Origin: Nitrospirales bacterium
GTDB taxonomy: Bacteria > Nitrospirota > Nitrospiria > Nitrospirales > UBA8639
DNA length: 64,000 nucleotides
Assembly (NCBI GenBank): GCA_963555755.3
Contig: OY820905.2
Span: 2,624,001 to 2,688,000, forward strand
Direction of reading: 5' to 3'
Each line of letters begins with the position of its first letter. The first letter of the stretch is position 1. Under the pieces are notes generated by a model. It did not search any database. It was not told the origin of the DNA and saw only the letters and a program-made list of their open reading frames with translations. Both the position numbers and the translations under genes were made by a program. Below, one piece after another: positions 62,682 through 64,000 of the stretch.

Positions 62682-64000
62682 TCCGGTGGTGGTGCAGCAT
62701 AGTCGTTCATCTCGGGTTGGTCATCGAAGGGGTGGCGAAGGAGTTCCAGTAGGCGATCGATTTCGGAATAGTCTTGTTGTTCAGTTGCCCGTTGAATGGC
62801 CACCTGAACGAGATAGTTTCGTAGAATATATTTTGGATTGCTTCGATCCATACGAATTTTGCGATCCGAATCTACACTGTTCTCGGTTTTAAGCCGTACT
62901 TGGTAGCGCTCAGCCCACCAATCGAATCCCTCGCGATCGAGGAATTGATCTCGAATCTTTGAATTGGCCGTAGGATCATCCTGGTTAAAATTCCCAAGGG
63001 CTCTGAAGAAATTCGTGAAGTCCACGTGATTGCTGTGCATCTGCGCGAATAGATCTCTTCTGAGTTTGTCATCGCCCTCGTGCGTTTCTTGTAATCCCAG
63101 TTTAGCCTGCATCAAGTCTGCGTAGGTCTTGAGCATGGTTTCTTCGTAAATTTCGGGGGCACCCACGACATCAGATTCTTCAAGCAAAGGGGAGAGCGCC
63201 TGCGAAAAAGCGCGAATGTTCCAATACCCAATGTCCGGTTGATTTTGAAACGAGTACCGTCCTTGATTATCAGAATGATTCGGAATGAAGGCCGGATTAA
63301 AATCATCCATGAACCCATAGGGTCCATAGTCCAAGGTCAAGCCCAAGATCGACATGTTGTCGGTATTCATCACGCCATGCGCCCAGCCCACAGACTGCCA
63401 ATGCGCAATCATCACACCTGTTCGCCGGGCAACTTCAGCAAGAAAATTGGCATATTTATTGGAGTTTTCATTCCAATGAGGAAAATGTTCAGCGATGACA
63501 TAATCGGCCAAAATTTTGAGGTGCTCATGCTGTTTCCGATAAAAAAATACTTCAAAGGACCCAAATCGCACATGCGTTGGTGCCATCCGAATGAGCATGG
63601 CCCCTGGTTCGGGGCGTTCTCGTAACACGCCTTCATTTCCGCCAATGATGCAGAGCGATCGCGTGGTGGGAATTCCTAACCCATGCATCGCCTCCCCACA
63701 CAAGTATTCACGGATTGTGGAACGCAGGACCGCACGGCCATCGCCATCGCGTGAATACCTGGTCTCCCCTGCCCCCTTTAACTGCAGATCCCATTTCTCG
63801 CCTCGGCTATTGCGTGCCTCACCCAAAAGAATGGCTCGACCATCCCCAAGCTGTGGCACATAATGTCCAAACTGATGGCCCGAATAGAGCATAGCAATAG
63901 GATCACTACCCGGCAGGAGGAGTTTCCCGCCAAACGCCTCATGAAATTCTGAGCGCTTGGCCTCATCCGGATCCAGGTCAATTAAATCCGCAGCCGGCGG
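62645..64000 (-). CDS. selO: protein adenylyltransferase SelO/YdiU (5' end outside window)
   Basis: YSGHQFG, LGDGR, QLKGAG, GDGRAVLRS, HGVMNTDN, DYGP, NPKYILRNY; C-terminal SCSS. Confidence 0.93.
   Translation of the reverse strand, partial: PPAADLIDLDPDEAKRSEFHEAFGGKLLLPGSDPIAMLYSGHQFGHYVPQLGDGRAILLGEARNSRGEKWDLQLKGAGETRYSRDGDGRAVLRSTIREYLCGEAMHGLGIPTTRSLCIIGGNEGVLRERPEPGAMLIRMAPTHVRFGSFEVFFYRKQHEHLKILADYVIAEHFPHWNENSNKYANFLAEVARRTGVMIAHWQSVGWAHGVMNTDNMSILGLTLDYGPYGFMDDFNPAFIPNHSDNQGRYSFQNQPDIGYWNIRAFSQALSPLLEESDVVGAPEIYEETMLKTYADLMQAKLGLQETHEGDDKLRRDLFAQMHSNHVDFTNFFRALGNFNQDDPTANSKIRDQFLDREGFDWWAERYQVRLKTENSVDSDRKIRMDRSNPKYILRNYLVQVAIQRATEQQDYSEIDRLLELLRHPFDDQPEMNDYAAPPPDWGKRLVVSCSS

Noticed and set aside
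1..64000. rRNA, tRNA or tmRNA genes
   Set aside because: None recognised by eye; no tRNA att site seen at the island borders.

Overview
Nitrospira-type (Nitrospirales) chromosomal DNA. The left arm (1-13.2 kb) carries periplasmic nitrite oxidoreductase nxrA-nxrB behind a sigma54-like promoter and a long AT-rich upstream region, then envelope, ABC-transporter and housekeeping genes. The right arm (54.8-64 kb) carries a PEP-CTERM gene, a split ArgZ/AgrE-like arginine-catabolism pair, HNH, protease, YugP and SelO genes, plus several MITE/structured repeats. Between them lies a ~41.6 kb mosaic island (13233-54813) with three components. (i) An apparently intact defence cluster: AIPR, a C-protein-controlled type II RM system and a TIR-membrane protein-TIR operon. 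(ii) A pile-up of IS630, IS1595, IS256, ISNCY, IS66, ISL3 and IS91/ISCR elements, mostly without target-site duplications. (iii) Many 0.3-6 kb truncated fragments of unrelated phage- or satellite-like DNA of very different base composition. Four co-oriented IS91/ISCR oriIS ends finish in TATTCCC, and the same TCCC motif marks several IS-free junctions. The ISCR transposase sits behind a LexA-like gene with an SOS-like box. Island elements show a strong A:T->C:G substitution bias. A rolling-circle, damage-inducible DNA-capture locus is a plausible reading, but assembly chimerism cannot be excluded from sequence alone. All family assignments are from motif recognition, not database searches.
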